32,000 nt of DNA from Nitrosomonas europaea (GTDB taxonomy: Bacteria > Pseudomonadota > Gammaproteobacteria > Burkholderiales > Nitrosomonadaceae), in contig NZ_FUWK01000023.1 in the NCBI RefSeq assembly GCF_900167395.1, positions 1 through 32,000 of the forward strand. Direction: 5' to 3'. The position numbers and the translations under genes are program-made. Positions 21,495 through 31,187 of this stretch are shown here, piece after piece. Under the pieces are notes generated by a model. The model made no database searches, was not told where the DNA came from, and worked only from the letters and a program-made list of their open reading frames with translations. Position 1 is the stretch's first letter, and every line of letters begins with the position of its first letter.

Positions 21495-21905
21495 ATGGAA
21501 GTCGTTTTCGTTCATCCCGTACGCATCTATTATCAGGATACTGATGCGGGGGGCGTCGTATATCATGCGTCCTACCTCAATTTCCTGGAGCGTGCCCGCT
21601 ACGAGTGGTTGCGCGAACTGGGTTTTACGGTGGATACCATGATCCGGTCGCATAAAATGATTTTTCTGATTCGTTCGCTCGGTATCGAGTATTTCAAACC
21701 AGCTGTACTGGACGATCTGCTGGATATAACCGTGCAGGTGGTAGACATTGGCAGAAGCCGGATAACGTTGCAGCAACAGATTTTGCGTGAACAGGGTACA
21801 CTTGCCAGCGCGACCGTTCATGCAGTGTGTGTCGGAGCGGAAACGCTGAAGCCAATCAGTATTCCAGCACCTCTTCGCCAAAAAATTGAGAAGCAGTCAT
21901 CATGA
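21495..21905 (+). CDS. ybgC: Tol-pal-associated acyl-CoA thioesterase (YbgC, 4HBT hotdog fold)
   Basis: YYQDTDAGGVVYHASYLNF motif. Immediately precedes tolQ with an ATGA overlap. Confidence 0.9.
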   Translation: MEVVFVHPVRIYYQDTDAGGVVYHASYLNFLERARYEWLRELGFTVDTMIRSHKMIFLIRSLGIEYFKPAVLDDLLDITVQVVDIGRSRITLQQQILREQGTLASATVHAVCVGAETLKPISIPAPLRQKIEKQSS

Positions 21906-22606
21906 GTCAAGTAATTACCCAAGATTTATCATTTTTTCATCTTGTCAGCGGTGCGAGCCTTCCGGTTCAACTGGTTATGCTGCTGTTGCTGCTGGCTTCA
22001 TTTGTTTCCTGGTGGTTCATTTTCAGGAAATTGTTTACCCTTCGTCAGGAAATTAAACAGACTGATGAATTTGAGAACATTTTCTGGCGTGGATCGGATT
22101 TGAATGCTCTTTATCAGCGAGCAGCTGGTGCACGTCATGCCGTAGGCAGCATGGAACGGATTTTTGAAGCCGGATTCCGCGAATTTACCAAATATCAGTC
22201 GGGAGTCGATATCGGTCCCATCATGGACAGTACACGCGGCGCAATGCGGGCTGTTTATCAGCGGGAAATGGACAGGCTCGAGTCACATCTGTCATTCCTG
22301 GCTACTGTAGGATCGGTCAGCCCGTATGTAGGGTTGTTTGGAACAGTGTGGGGCATCATGAATGCATTTCGTGAGCTGTCTAATGTTGGTCAGGCTACCA
22401 TCGCGCATGTAGCACCGGGTATCGCCGAAGCGCTGATTGCGACGGCAATGGGACTTTTTGCGGCAATTCCGGCTGTGATTGCCTATAACCGCTATGCCAG
22501 TGATACTGCTCAGCTGGCAACCCGCTACGAAAGTTTCATAGAGGAAGTATCCAACGTACTGCAGCGTCGTGTGGCTAAACCTCGGGATATGGCGAATTTC
22601 TCATGA
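21902..22606 (+). CDS. tolQ: Tol-Pal system protein TolQ (MotA/TolQ/ExbB proton channel)
   Basis: Three TM segments and the LATVGSVSPYVGLFGTVWGI motif; operon context. Confidence 0.95.
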   Translation: MSQVITQDLSFFHLVSGASLPVQLVMLLLLLASFVSWWFIFRKLFTLRQEIKQTDEFENIFWRGSDLNALYQRAAGARHAVGSMERIFEAGFREFTKYQSGVDIGPIMDSTRGAMRAVYQREMDRLESHLSFLATVGSVSPYVGLFGTVWGIMNAFRELSNVGQATIAHVAPGIAEALIATAMGLFAAIPAVIAYNRYASDTAQLATRYESFIEEVSNVLQRRVAKPRDMANFS

Positions 22607-23019
22607 TTCAGCGTCGCAGCAAACGTCGGTTGATGAACGAGATCAATGTCGTGCCGTACATTGACGTCATGCTGGTGCTGCTCATCATCTTTATGATTAC
22701 AGCACCACTCATCCAACCCAGCCAGATCGAGTTGCCTGAAATCGGTAAATCTTCTGCACCTCCGGCGGAACCACTGGAAGTGATGATTGCCGCCAACGGA
22801 AATCTCACATTACGTGACCGTGCCGGTGCAGACAAGGAGCAGCAAGTCGATCGCAACCAGCTGGTGGAACTGATCAGGGCCAGGCAGGCACAAAATACCG
22901 ATCAGCCTGTCGTTATTGCAGCAGATAAGAATGTCCGTTATGAAGAGGTGATTCAGGTAATGGATCTGCTGCAGCAGCAACAAATCCGGAAAATCGGATT
23001 GTTAACCAAATCAAAATAA
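22603..23019 (+). CDS. tolR: Tol-Pal system protein TolR (ExbD/TolR family)
   Basis: INVVPYIDVMLVLLIIF TM helix with the conserved Asp. ATGA overlap with tolQ. Confidence 0.95.
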   Translation: MIQRRSKRRLMNEINVVPYIDVMLVLLIIFMITAPLIQPSQIELPEIGKSSAPPAEPLEVMIAANGNLTLRDRAGADKEQQVDRNQLVELIRARQAQNTDQPVVIAADKNVRYEEVIQVMDLLQQQQIRKIGLLTKSK

Positions 23020-23040
23020 CTGTTGGGGTGTAATTGCGCA

Positions 23041-23901
23041 ATGGTCCGGCTGCCCGGAGATAATAGCGAACCGGGAAAACTGCGTGCGGCATTGTTTGCC
23101 CTGCTGGTGCATGCGGCTTTCCTCGCTTTGCTGGTATTTGGCCTGAATTGGAAGAATGAAGTATCTGAAATGATGTCAGTCGATCTGTGGGCCGAGCTGC
23201 CCCGGCATCCCGTTGAGCCTCCGTCATCTGCTGCAAAGGTAATACCCGAACCAGTCAAGGTTAAGCCACAACCGCAACAAAAGACTCAACCGCAGCCTCA
23301 GCCGGTGATCAAGGCTGCGCCTCCTCCCGTGCGTAAACCCGACATTGCGCTCAAGGACAAAACGGAAAAACCACAGCTTAAAGAAGAAGTGAAAAAGCCG
23401 GAACCGGTGAAAAAAGAAGTACCGAAAAAGGAGCCCACCAAAAAGCCGGTGGAGAAACTTGTACCTAAAGAAGAGGTAAAGAAGCCTGAACCGGTCAAAA
23501 AGGTCGAACAGAAAACCGAGAAGAAGGAAGATGTTCGACAGCAGGCCGAAGCACAAAAACAGGCACAGCAGCGTGAACGCGAAGCGGCGGCAGCAAAAGC
23601 GGAGCGAGCCAGGGCGGATGGTGAAATCGAAAAATATAGAGAAATGATCAAGGCAAAGATTCGCAGCCGTATCATTATGCCACCCGATCTTCCGGGAAAT
23701 CCTGCCGTCGAGTTTACGGTGACCTTGTTGCCGGGAGGGGATGTCCTGACAGTGACTTTGCGTAAATCGAGCGGTTACACTGCGTTTGATGAGGCAGTGG
23801 AAAGAGCAATCTACCTGGCCAAGCCGTTGCCTTTACCTCCGGATCCGGGGTTATTCAATGCGTTCCGTAATTTAGATCTCAAGGTTTATTATCGTGAGTA
23901 G
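23041..23901 (+). CDS. tolA: Tol-Pal system protein TolA
   Basis: N-terminal TM anchor, a long Lys/Pro/Glu-rich domain II, and a TonB_C-like C-terminal domain. ATG 23041 is preferred to the track TTG at 23023. Confidence 0.88.
   Translation: MVRLPGDNSEPGKLRAALFALLVHAAFLALLVFGLNWKNEVSEMMSVDLWAELPRHPVEPPSSAAKVIPEPVKVKPQPQQKTQPQPQPVIKAAPPPVRKPDIALKDKTEKPQLKEEVKKPEPVKKEVPKKEPTKKPVEKLVPKEEVKKPEPVKKVEQKTEKKEDVRQQAEAQKQAQQREREAAAAKAERARADGEIEKYREMIKAKIRSRIIMPPDLPGNPAVEFTVTLLPGGDVLTVTLRKSSGYTAFDEAVERAIYLAKPLPLPPDPGLFNAFRNLDLKVYYRE
23383..23502 (+). repeat. Two copies of an 11-codon unit (EEVKKPEPVKK) inside TolA domain II
   Basis: Copies at 23383-23415 and 23470-23502 encode identical peptides but differ at 6 synonymous third positions. 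Confidence 0.8.
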
Positions 23902-23938
23902 TTTCTGGCTTGCTTTACAACATGTCATGGTGATTCGT

Positions 23939-25216
23939 ATGCGTAATTTTTTGTATTGCACCGGTGTGCTTCTGTTGTTGTGGATGAGCACATCATCACA
24001 AGCTGCGCTCAATATCGAAATTTTTGGGGGCGGGACCAACAAAATTCCGATTGCCATCGCTCCGTTTAATGGGGAAAGAGGGCTTCCCCAGAGTATTTCA
24101 GCGATTGTATCGGCTGATCTGGAGCGTACCGGGCTGTTTAAACTGGTCGATACCTTGGGGTTGACCTCGCAGGAGCCTGAGCAGATCCGGTATATCGATT
24201 GGCAGGGCCGCGGTGCGAGTGCGCTGGTTGTCGGCAGTATCTCGCCGCTGCCGGATGGCCGGATAGATGTTCGCTTCCGTTTGCTGGATGTCGTCAAACA
24301 GACTCAACTGACCGGGTTTAGTGGGGCTGTCACAACAGAACAGTTACGGGCTTTTGCACATCGGATTGCGGATATCGTGTATGAGACATTGACTGGTGAG
24401 CCGGGTGCCTTCAGTACCCGAATTGCTTTTGTCAGAAAGCAGGGAAGCCAGTATGCGTTGCAGGTGTCGGACTATGATGGGTTCAACGCCCGCTCACTGA
24501 TCGAATATACCGAGCCGATCATCTCCCCCGCTTGGTCGCCTGATGGCAGCCGAATTGCCTACACCTCGTTTGAGAAGAAAAAACCGGTGGTTTATGTGCA
24601 GACGCTGGCAACTCGTGAACGTAAAGCAGTGGCGAATTTCAAGGGAAGTAACAGTGCACCGGCCTGGTCGCCCGATGGCAGCAAACTGGCCGTGGTTCTG
24701 ACATTGCATGGTGGATCGCAGATTTATCTGATCAACGCGGATGGCAGCGGGTTGCAGCGGATCTCACAAAGCCCGGGGATCGATACGGAACCCAGTTTCT
24801 CGCCGGATGGCAGATGGCTGATGTTCACTTCCGACAGAGGAGGGAGTCCGCAGATATATCGTATGCCGGTATCTGGAGGTGTTGCTGAGAGAATGACCTT
24901 TGAAGGAGATTACAACGTCAGTCCACATTACAGTCCGGACGGGAAACGGTTTGTTTATATTCACAGGAATGCCGGCCGATTCAATGTCGCTATTCAGGAT
25001 TTGTCGACGCGCCAGATGCAGTTGCTGACTGACTCCAATTTTGATGAATCTCCCAGCTTTTCCCCCAATAACCGTATGATTCTGTACACAACTGAAATAG
25101 GTGGACGTGGTATATTATCCACCGTTTCAAGTGATGGTCAGGCAAAGAGCCGTCTTTCCCAGGAAGCGGGTAATATTCGGGAAGCAGTTTGGGGACCCTT
25201 GCTGAAACAGCGGTGA
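23939..25216 (+). CDS. tolB: Tol-Pal system beta-propeller protein TolB
   Basis: Signal peptide MRNFLYCTGVLLLLWMSTSSQA and repeated S-P-x-(W/F/Y)-S-P-D-G blades. Start is ATG 23939 (alternative ATG 23927). The track GTG at 23894 overlaps the tolA end. Confidence 0.93.
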   Translation: MRNFLYCTGVLLLLWMSTSSQAALNIEIFGGGTNKIPIAIAPFNGERGLPQSISAIVSADLERTGLFKLVDTLGLTSQEPEQIRYIDWQGRGASALVVGSISPLPDGRIDVRFRLLDVVKQTQLTGFSGAVTTEQLRAFAHRIADIVYETLTGEPGAFSTRIAFVRKQGSQYALQVSDYDGFNARSLIEYTEPIISPAWSPDGSRIAYTSFEKKKPVVYVQTLATRERKAVANFKGSNSAPAWSPDGSKLAVVLTLHGGSQIYLINADGSGLQRISQSPGIDTEPSFSPDGRWLMFTSDRGGSPQIYRMPVSGGVAERMTFEGDYNVSPHYSPDGKRFVYIHRNAGRFNVAIQDLSTRQMQLLTDSNFDESPSFSPNNRMILYTTEIGGRGILSTVSSDGQAKSRLSQEAGNIREAVWGPLLKQR

Positions 25217-25269
25217 TGTGAGGGAAATATCTCACAAGGCGTGGTTCAATTATTTATTTATGGTGAGAA

Positions 25270-25785
25270 ATGAGAAAAATCTTTGCAGTACTGGTAATTT
25301 GCCTGTTGTCAGCTTGCGCTAGCGATAATGCTCAACAAACTTCTGATGTCGAGGATCATTCTTATAGCAGAGAGGGAGAAGGCACACGTGGCGGTGCAGG
25401 GTCGGATGGGTTCGGGATGAATCCTCTGCAGGATCCCAGCAACATATTGTCCCGTCGCAGTGTCTACTTTGATTTTGACAGCTATACGGTAAAGAGCGAG
25501 TACCGTGATCTGGTTCTTGCACATGCAGCTTATTTGCGTGACAACACTAATGCACAGGTATTGCTGCAAGGCAACACTGATGAACGCGGAAGTCGGGAGT
25601 ATAACCTTGCACTCGGGCAACGCCGCGCAAACAGTGTGAAAGATATCCTGTTACTGTCCGGCGCTCGTGATCAGCAGGTAGAAGCAGTCAGTCTGGGTGA
25701 AGAAAAGCCGCGTGCATTGGGAAGTGATGAATCTTCCTGGGCTGAAAACCGCCGTACAGATATTCTCTATCAGGGAGAGTATTGA
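25270..25785 (+). CDS. pal: Peptidoglycan-associated lipoprotein Pal
   Basis: Lipobox LLSAC (Cys16) and the OmpA-like motif NTDERGSREYNLALGQRRA. Confidence 0.96.
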   Translation: MRKIFAVLVICLLSACASDNAQQTSDVEDHSYSREGEGTRGGAGSDGFGMNPLQDPSNILSRRSVYFDFDSYTVKSEYRDLVLAHAAYLRDNTNAQVLLQGNTDERGSREYNLALGQRRANSVKDILLLSGARDQQVEAVSLGEEKPRALGSDESSWAENRRTDILYQGEY

Positions 25786-26612
25786 TGTTTTTGCGTGCTT
25801 TCCTGCCATTGCTTTTGTTGAGTTGTAATGTCGCACAGGCTGCGCTGTTTGGTGATTCTGAAACACGCGAACAGTTGGAGGCACTGCGCACAAAAGTACT
25901 GGAGATGGAAGCGCGCATGCAGCGTACCGAAGAGGTTCTCATGGGACAGGCTTTGATCGAATTGCATACCCAGGCAGAGAACCTCAAGGAGGAAATGGGG
26001 AAGTTGCGGGGGCAGATAGAAGTACTGGAAGATGAAAATCGGTCGCTGCGCAAGCAGCAAAAGGATTTTTACCTGGATCTCGATAACCGTTTGCGCCAGC
26101 TTGAGCCTGGTTCAGCGGGGACTGCTGCATCAGATTCCAGAATATCTTCCCCGTCATCGGAACAACTCGCTGCTGATACAAAGGATATAAAAAGTCCGGC
26201 TTCCGGAAAAACTGCTGCTGTTCTCCAATTGCCGGATACAGCACAGCGCAATCGTTATGATGCGGCTTATGCATCAATCAAAAGCGGTGATTATTCAGGA
26301 GCTGTAACCGGTTTTGAGAGTTTTCTTGCACAATATCCGCAATCTGCTCTTGCTCCCTCTGCTGCGTATTGGGTTGGCAATGCATACTATGCACTAAGGG
26401 ATTTTGACAAAGCGATTACTGCTCAGCAACGATTGATCGAGATTTATCCTGGCAGTCCCAAAGTAGCAGATGGGCTTCTCAATATGGCAAGCAGCCAGGC
26501 TGAAATGGGCCAGAAGGCAGCTGCCAGAAAAACACTGGAAAAACTCATCGCCAGTTACCCCGGTACTGAGGCAGCAACAAAAGCCAAGCAACGCTTGGGA
26601 ACTCTGAAATAA
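25785..26612 (+). CDS. cpoB: Cell division coordinator CpoB (YbgF)
   Basis: Signal peptide, N-terminal coiled coil, and a C-terminal TPR region (AAYWVGNAYYALRDFDKAI). The ATG overlaps the pal stop (TGATG). Confidence 0.92.
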   Translation: MFLRAFLPLLLLSCNVAQAALFGDSETREQLEALRTKVLEMEARMQRTEEVLMGQALIELHTQAENLKEEMGKLRGQIEVLEDENRSLRKQQKDFYLDLDNRLRQLEPGSAGTAASDSRISSPSSEQLAADTKDIKSPASGKTAAVLQLPDTAQRNRYDAAYASIKSGDYSGAVTGFESFLAQYPQSALAPSAAYWVGNAYYALRDFDKAITAQQRLIEIYPGSPKVADGLLNMASSQAEMGQKAAARKTLEKLIASYPGTEAATKAKQRLGTLK

Positions 26613-26668
26613 ATTTTGGTCGAGCAGGATTGCCAGAATATACCCGGTTCACTCCACTTCTTTAAATT

Positions 26669-26689
26669 TTCCTCTGCAACATAGAGGAA
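26669..26689 (+). terminator. Weak candidate terminator hairpin after cpoB
   Basis: TTCCTCT-GCAACAT-AGAGGAA: a 7-bp stem followed by GGTTTCTATT, which is only partly T-rich. Confidence 0.3.
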
Positions 26690-26714
26690 GGTTTCTATTC
26701 CGTCAGGGTCACGG

Positions 26715-27350
26715 ATGTTACGAATTACGGAAATTTTCTACTCGCTTCAGGGGGAAACCAGCCGGATGGGGCTGCCTACGGTATTTGTGCGCCTGACCGG
26801 TTGTCCATTACGTTGCGGGTACTGCGATACTGGTTATGCGTTTTCTGGTGGAAAAAGTATGAGTATCAGCGAAATCATGGGCGAGGTGGCTTCATTCTCT
26901 CCGCGCTATGTCACTGTTACCGGAGGAGAACCGCTGGCGCAAGCTGACAGTCTGGTGTTACTGGCAGCATTATGCGATCGGGGGTATTCCGTCTCTCTTG
27001 AAACCAGTGGGGCATTGGATATTGCACGTGTCGATGCGCGTGTATCGAGAATTGTGGATATCAAAACGCCGGGCTCCGGGGAAGTGGAGAAAAATCACTG
27101 GAACAATCTCGCTTATCTGACTTCTCACGATGAAATCAAGTTTGTGTTGTGTGATCGGGCTGATTACGACTGGGCCAGGCAGAAACTCCTGGAATTGAAG
27201 CTGGATGTAATTTGTCCGGTTTTGTTTTCTCCAGCTTATGGTCAGCTTGTTCCGGCAGATCTTGCCGCCTGGATTCTGCAGGATCAGTTACCAGTTCGCT
27301 TACAGTTGCAGTTACATAAGTTGCTCTGGGGGGAATGTGTCGGAAGGTGA
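26715..27350 (+). CDS. queE: 7-carboxy-7-deazaguanine synthase (radical SAM)
   Basis: GCPLRCGYCDT Fe-S cluster motif and the SLQGE N-terminal motif; 211 aa; followed by queC. Confidence 0.93.
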   Translation: MLRITEIFYSLQGETSRMGLPTVFVRLTGCPLRCGYCDTGYAFSGGKSMSISEIMGEVASFSPRYVTVTGGEPLAQADSLVLLAALCDRGYSVSLETSGALDIARVDARVSRIVDIKTPGSGEVEKNHWNNLAYLTSHDEIKFVLCDRADYDWARQKLLELKLDVICPVLFSPAYGQLVPADLAAWILQDQLPVRLQLQLHKLLWGECVGR

Positions 27351-27371
27351 AATGGCGGGACGGTCAGATTC

Positions 27372-28058
27372 ATGAAAAAGGCAGTTGTACTCTTGTCTGG
27401 TGGGATGGATTCCGCCACGACGCTCGCTATCGCCCGGCAGAGTGGGTTTGCCTGCTATGCACTCAGTATCGATTATGGCCAGCGCCATGTTGCCGAGCTG
27501 GCCGCAGCAGCTCGAATCGGTCAATCCCTGCAGGTCAGTGATCATCAGTTTCTCAAGCTGGATCTGGCTGTTCTGGCCAGTTCTGTGCTAACGGATATTT
27601 CCGCCACTGTACCACTGCATGGTACCAGTACCGGCATACCGGTGACGTATGTTCCGGCTCGCAACACCATTATGCTGGCGCTGGCGCTGGCCTGGGCAGA
27701 GGTGTTGGGCAGCCACGATATTTTTATTGGTGTAACAGCTGTCGATTACTCGGGATACCCTGATTGCCGACGGGATTATATCGATGCTTTTGAAAAAATG
27801 GCTAACCTGGCCACGAAAGCAGGAAGAGAGGGGATGGTGCTGACAGTACATGCACCTTTGATTGACTTGCCCAAGCGTGAAATCATCCAATGTGGCATGG
27901 AACTCGGGATAGACTACGGCCTGACAGTTTCCTGTTATCAAGCAGATGAAGCCGGATATGCCTGCGGTCAGTGTGATGCATGCCATATTCGACGGGCTGG
28001 TTTTGAGGCGGCGGATATTCCGGATCCTACGTGTTACCGTAATAAGCAGATATCGTGA
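27372..28058 (+). CDS. queC: 7-cyano-7-deazaguanine synthase
   Basis: PP-loop LLSGGMDS and C-terminal Zn cysteines CYQ...CGQCDAC. Confidence 0.95.
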   Translation: MKKAVVLLSGGMDSATTLAIARQSGFACYALSIDYGQRHVAELAAAARIGQSLQVSDHQFLKLDLAVLASSVLTDISATVPLHGTSTGIPVTYVPARNTIMLALALAWAEVLGSHDIFIGVTAVDYSGYPDCRRDYIDAFEKMANLATKAGREGMVLTVHAPLIDLPKREIIQCGMELGIDYGLTVSCYQADEAGYACGQCDACHIRRAGFEAADIPDPTCYRNKQIS

Positions 28059-28088
28059 AGCAGAGTGATAATCCAGAAGGAGAGATCA

Positions 28089-28442
28089 TTACGATTGGCT
28101 GCGTTCGATGCAGATACCCAGCTGTTTCACTCCCGGAATTACATCCAGTTTTGCTGCACTGATTTTTACCCACGGGGAATCAAACTCGATCAGAATCATC
28201 TGGGCAATGTTTTCTGTCAGTGCTTCAAGCAGGGAAAAATGTTGCTGATCGAGAATGGCGTTGATTCTGTGAACGACTTGAGAGTAATCCAGTGCATCTT
28301 CGATACGATCACTCATGCCGGCTTGTCGGGAAGGCAGAGCGATCTCGATATTCAATTCAATGGTTTGTGGAATTTTCCTTTCCCACGGATAAATACCGAT
28401 CAGAGTTTTGATTCTGAATTCTTTGAGAAAAATAATATCCAT
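28089..28442 (-). CDS. folB: Dihydroneopterin aldolase
   Basis: MDIIFLKEFRIKTLIGIYPWER ... DALDYSQV ... LLEALTE pattern. ATG at 28442; the 17 upstream track codons are dropped. Divergent from plsY, as in E. coli. Confidence 0.88.
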   Translation of the reverse strand: MDIIFLKEFRIKTLIGIYPWERKIPQTIELNIEIALPSRQAGMSDRIEDALDYSQVVHRINAILDQQHFSLLEALTENIAQMILIEFDSPWVKISAAKLDVIPGVKQLGICIERSQS

Positions 28443-28526
28443 GGAGAGGTTCCGGGTTAGCCCGGGATTACGAGTGATGCACGGGCTGCGCAATTTTAAT
28501 TTATTTATCGGGATATCAAAACTTTG

Positions 28527-29129
28527 ATGATTACAGTAGTGCTGATTTTTTCTGCCTACTTGCTGGGCTCGATTTCTTTCGCCGTGGTTGCAAGCTGGCT
28601 GTTCAAGCTCCCGGATCCGCGCAGCTACGGTTCCCGCAATCCCGGAGCAACCAATGTACTGCGGACTGGCAAAAAAGCTGCGGCTGCCGTGACTTTACTG
28701 GGAGATGCGGGTAAGGGCTGGGTGGCGGTCGCAGCAGCGAAATACGGTGGTGAGGTTTGGGAGCTGGGTGATGAAGTGATTGCGGGTGCTGCTCTTGCTG
28801 TCTTCCTGGGGCATTTGTTTCCAATCTTTCTCGCATTTAAGGGAGGTAAAGGTGTTGCCACATCAGCAGGCATACTGTTGGGATTGAATCCCTGGTTGGG
28901 TGTTCTTACTATTTCGACCTGGATGGTCGTCGCACTGGTTTCACGTATTTCTTCACTGTCAGCCTTGCTGTCGGCCCTGCTTGCACCATTATATGCGTAT
29001 TTCCTGCTGGAAAAAGGAATCCTGATAATGGCTGTGTCAATCATATCCGTTCTTCTGATATTGAAGCATCGGCTGAATATTGCCAATCTGATGGCTGGCA
29101 AGGAAGCGAGGATAGGCAAGAGCAGTTAG
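28527..29129 (+). CDS. plsY: Glycerol-3-phosphate acyltransferase PlsY
   Basis: [10 protein letters not shown] motif and a polytopic membrane protein. ATG at 28527; the track TTG is at 28524. Confidence 0.95.
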   Translation: MITVVLIFSAYLLGSISFAVVASWLFKLPDPRSYGSRNPGATNVLRTGKKAAAAVTLLGDAGKGWVAVAAAKYGGEVWELGDEVIAGAALAVFLGHLFPIFLAFKGGKGVATSAGILLGLNPWLGVLTISTWMVVALVSRISSLSALLSALLAPLYAYFLLEKGILIMAVSIISVLLILKHRLNIANLMAGKEARIGKSS

Positions 29130-29137
29130 TCGTGGCT

Positions 29138-30151
29138 TTATAAATCTTCCAGATTCCAGCGGGCTTTGACGGTAAAGCTGCCGCCCGCTCTGAGGCGCTC
29201 ATCGAGCTGCTGTAAACGTAATGCACCGGCCAGCGCAATCATTGCGCCGTTATCGGTACAAAACTCCAGCGCTGGGAAGAAAACGGTGATATCGGTTCCG
29301 GACAGATGGTGTAATAGCTTCTGACGCAATCGGCTGTTTGCGCCTACACCGCCTGCTACGACCAGTTGCTGCAATCCAGTGATATTCAGAGCAGTTACTG
29401 ATTTTTTTACCAGCACATCGGTAACTGCGTCTTCAAAGGCAAATGCGATATCGGCGCGTGTCTGACTGTTCATCTCATGCTTGCCGATCAGCAGAGCCGC
29501 AGCTGTTTTTAATCCGCTGAAACTGAAATTCAGATCATTGCTGTTCAGCATGGGGCGCGGGAGCCTGAATTGTTCTGCCCGGCCTTGTGTGGCCAGTTCT
29601 GCAAGCAACTTTCCACCGGGGTAGTCGAGGTCAAGTAATTTTGCAGTTTTGTCAAACGCTTCTCCGGCTGCATCATCCACGGTTTCTCCCAATAACCGAT
29701 ACTGCCCGATTCCGTCTACCCGCATCAGTTGTGTGTGCCCTCCGGATACCAATAGTGCCACGAACGGAAAATCAGGTGCCGGATCGGATAAAAGTGGGGA
29801 GAGCAGATGACCTTCAAGATGGTGGATGTTCAAGACGGGTATATTGCGCGCAAAAGCCAGAGCACTGCTGAAACTTGCCCCGGTCAGCAACGCTCCTGCA
29901 AGCCCCGGACCCTGGGTACAGGCGATGGCATCAACAGATTCCAGCGAAGTATCCGATTGTCTGAATAATTGTCTGATGAGAGGCAGGATGCGGCGGATAT
30001 GGTCGCGTGAAGCAAGTTCCGGCACGACACCGCCATATTCGCGATGCATGTCGACCTGAGAATATAGGGTATGGCCGAGTAATCCCTGGCAGGTATCATA
30101 AAGTGCTACACCTGTCTCGTCACATGAAGTTTCAATACCTAATACAAGCAT
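29138..30151 (-). CDS. tsaD: tRNA N6-adenosine threonylcarbamoyltransferase TsaD
   Basis: [15 protein letters not shown]-terminus and the HHLEGHL metal motif. ATG at 30151 is preferred; the track start at 30193 is TTG. Confidence 0.95.
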   Translation of the reverse strand: MLVLGIETSCDETGVALYDTCQGLLGHTLYSQVDMHREYGGVVPELASRDHIRRILPLIRQLFRQSDTSLESVDAIACTQGPGLAGALLTGASFSSALAFARNIPVLNIHHLEGHLLSPLLSDPAPDFPFVALLVSGGHTQLMRVDGIGQYRLLGETVDDAAGEAFDKTAKLLDLDYPGGKLLAELATQGRAEQFRLPRPMLNSNDLNFSFSGLKTAAALLIGKHEMNSQTRADIAFAFEDAVTDVLVKKSVTALNITGLQQLVVAGGVGANSRLRQKLLHHLSGTDITVFFPALEFCTDNGAMIALAGALRLQQLDERLRAGGSFTVKARWNLEDL

Positions 30152-30409
30152 TCTGTGATTTTCTCTCAGGAGAGATTTATTTGTGGTGGTCAAACTTTCT
30201 TTTGAAAAAAAATGATTGATGTTAAACTAGCGGGATTTTTCGAGACCGAATAGGGGTAGTTCCGGAAAAAATTGAGCCAGTCATGGTTTTTCTGCAACAG
30301 GCATGGCAGGACTGGTTTATAACTTAGTTTTGACTGCAGAGCAATTTGGTCAGCGAATGTTCTGTAATATATAAAGCAATCAAAGGAGACCGAAAGGAAT
30401 TATTACTTT

Positions 30410-30622
30410 ATGACTACTGTTAAAGTCAAGGAAAACGAGCCATTTGAAATCGCGATGCGGCGCTTTAAGCGTTCTATTGAGAAAACCGGTTTACTGACTG
30501 AGTTACGCGCACGGGAATTTTATGAAAAGCCCACGGCTGTGCGTAAGCGTAAGCATGCCGCCGCAGTGAAACGTACCTATAAACGACTGCGTAGTCAGAT
30601 GTTGCCACCTAAACTGTATTAA
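30410..30622 (+). CDS. rpsU: 30S ribosomal protein S21
   Basis: [27 protein letters not shown]; 70 aa; AAGGAG-like Shine-Dalgarno sequence. Confidence 0.97.
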   Translation: MTTVKVKENEPFEIAMRRFKRSIEKTGLLTELRAREFYEKPTAVRKRKHAAAVKRTYKRLRSQMLPPKLY

Positions 30623-30659
30623 TTCCTTCAGTTTTTCTGGGTATCTACCTCATTATTCC

Positions 30660-31106
30660 ATGAATTTAAGGCAAAAAATAACCGAAGATATGAAGTCGGC
30701 TATGCGTGCAGGGGACGTAAAGCGTCGTGACGCATTGCGTTTACTGCAGGCTGCTTTAAAACAGAAGGAAGTTGACGAGCGAATCGAGCTGGATGATGCT
30801 GCCGTGGTTGCAGTAATCGAAAAAATGCTCAAACAGCGTCGCGATTCCATCGCGCAATATGAGGCAGCACAGCGTCAGGATCTGGCAGATATCGAGAAGT
30901 TTGAAGCAGGAGTCCTGCAGGCCTATATGCCTGAAGCGCTGAGTGATGCTGAGCTGGATGCCATGATCAGCGAGGTGATTGCATCTGTTGGAGAAAATGG
31001 ATCTCCAAAAATTGGAGAAGTCATGGCCCTGCTTAAGCCGAAGCTTGCAGGTCGGGCAGATATGGCCAAGGTATCTTTACTGGTTAAAGTAAAAATTACA
31101 GGGTAG
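30660..31106 (+). CDS. yqeY: GatB/YqeY domain-containing protein
   Basis: ITEDMKSAMRAGDVKRRDALRLL N-terminus; 148 aa; lies between rpsU and dnaG. Confidence 0.9.
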   Translation: MNLRQKITEDMKSAMRAGDVKRRDALRLLQAALKQKEVDERIELDDAAVVAVIEKMLKQRRDSIAQYEAAQRQDLADIEKFEAGVLQAYMPEALSDAELDAMISEVIASVGENGSPKIGEVMALLKPKLAGRADMAKVSLLVKVKITG

Positions 31107-31187
31107 TTTGATACCGGCTGGTTTTCTGGCAGATACTGTGAGGAATAATCGCAGATAATCTTTTATCGGGGCAATTTTTGCTGGTAA

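Noticed and set aside
21432-21881. 149-aa minus-strand ORF opposite ybgC
   Set aside because: ybgC on the plus strand carries the 4HBT thioesterase motif and is translationally coupled to tolQ. The antisense ORF has no motif.
23224-23675. Two antisense ORFs (110 and 125 aa) opposite tolA
   Set aside because: They are mirror images of the K/P/E low-complexity linker and translate to F/L/R/S-rich nonsense. The sense strand has the full TolA architecture.
26613-26714. Possible preQ1 riboswitch upstream of queE-queC
   Set aside because: I looked for the preQ1-I hallmark, a short stem followed by an A-rich tail pairing into a pseudoknot close to the Shine-Dalgarno sequence, and did not see it. 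The only structure is a simple 7-bp hairpin, which is better explained as the cpoB terminator. A covariance-model scan would be needed to exclude it formally.
26613-26714. Expected tRNA gene(s) after cpoB, as in E. coli
   Set aside because: No cloverleaf-compatible sequence was found. queE follows directly, as in Pseudomonas-type arrangements.
28065-28460. 131-aa plus-strand ORF overlapping folB
   Set aside because: The minus-strand product has the dihydroneopterin aldolase pattern and the conserved folB/plsY divergent arrangement. The plus-strand product has no recognisable features.
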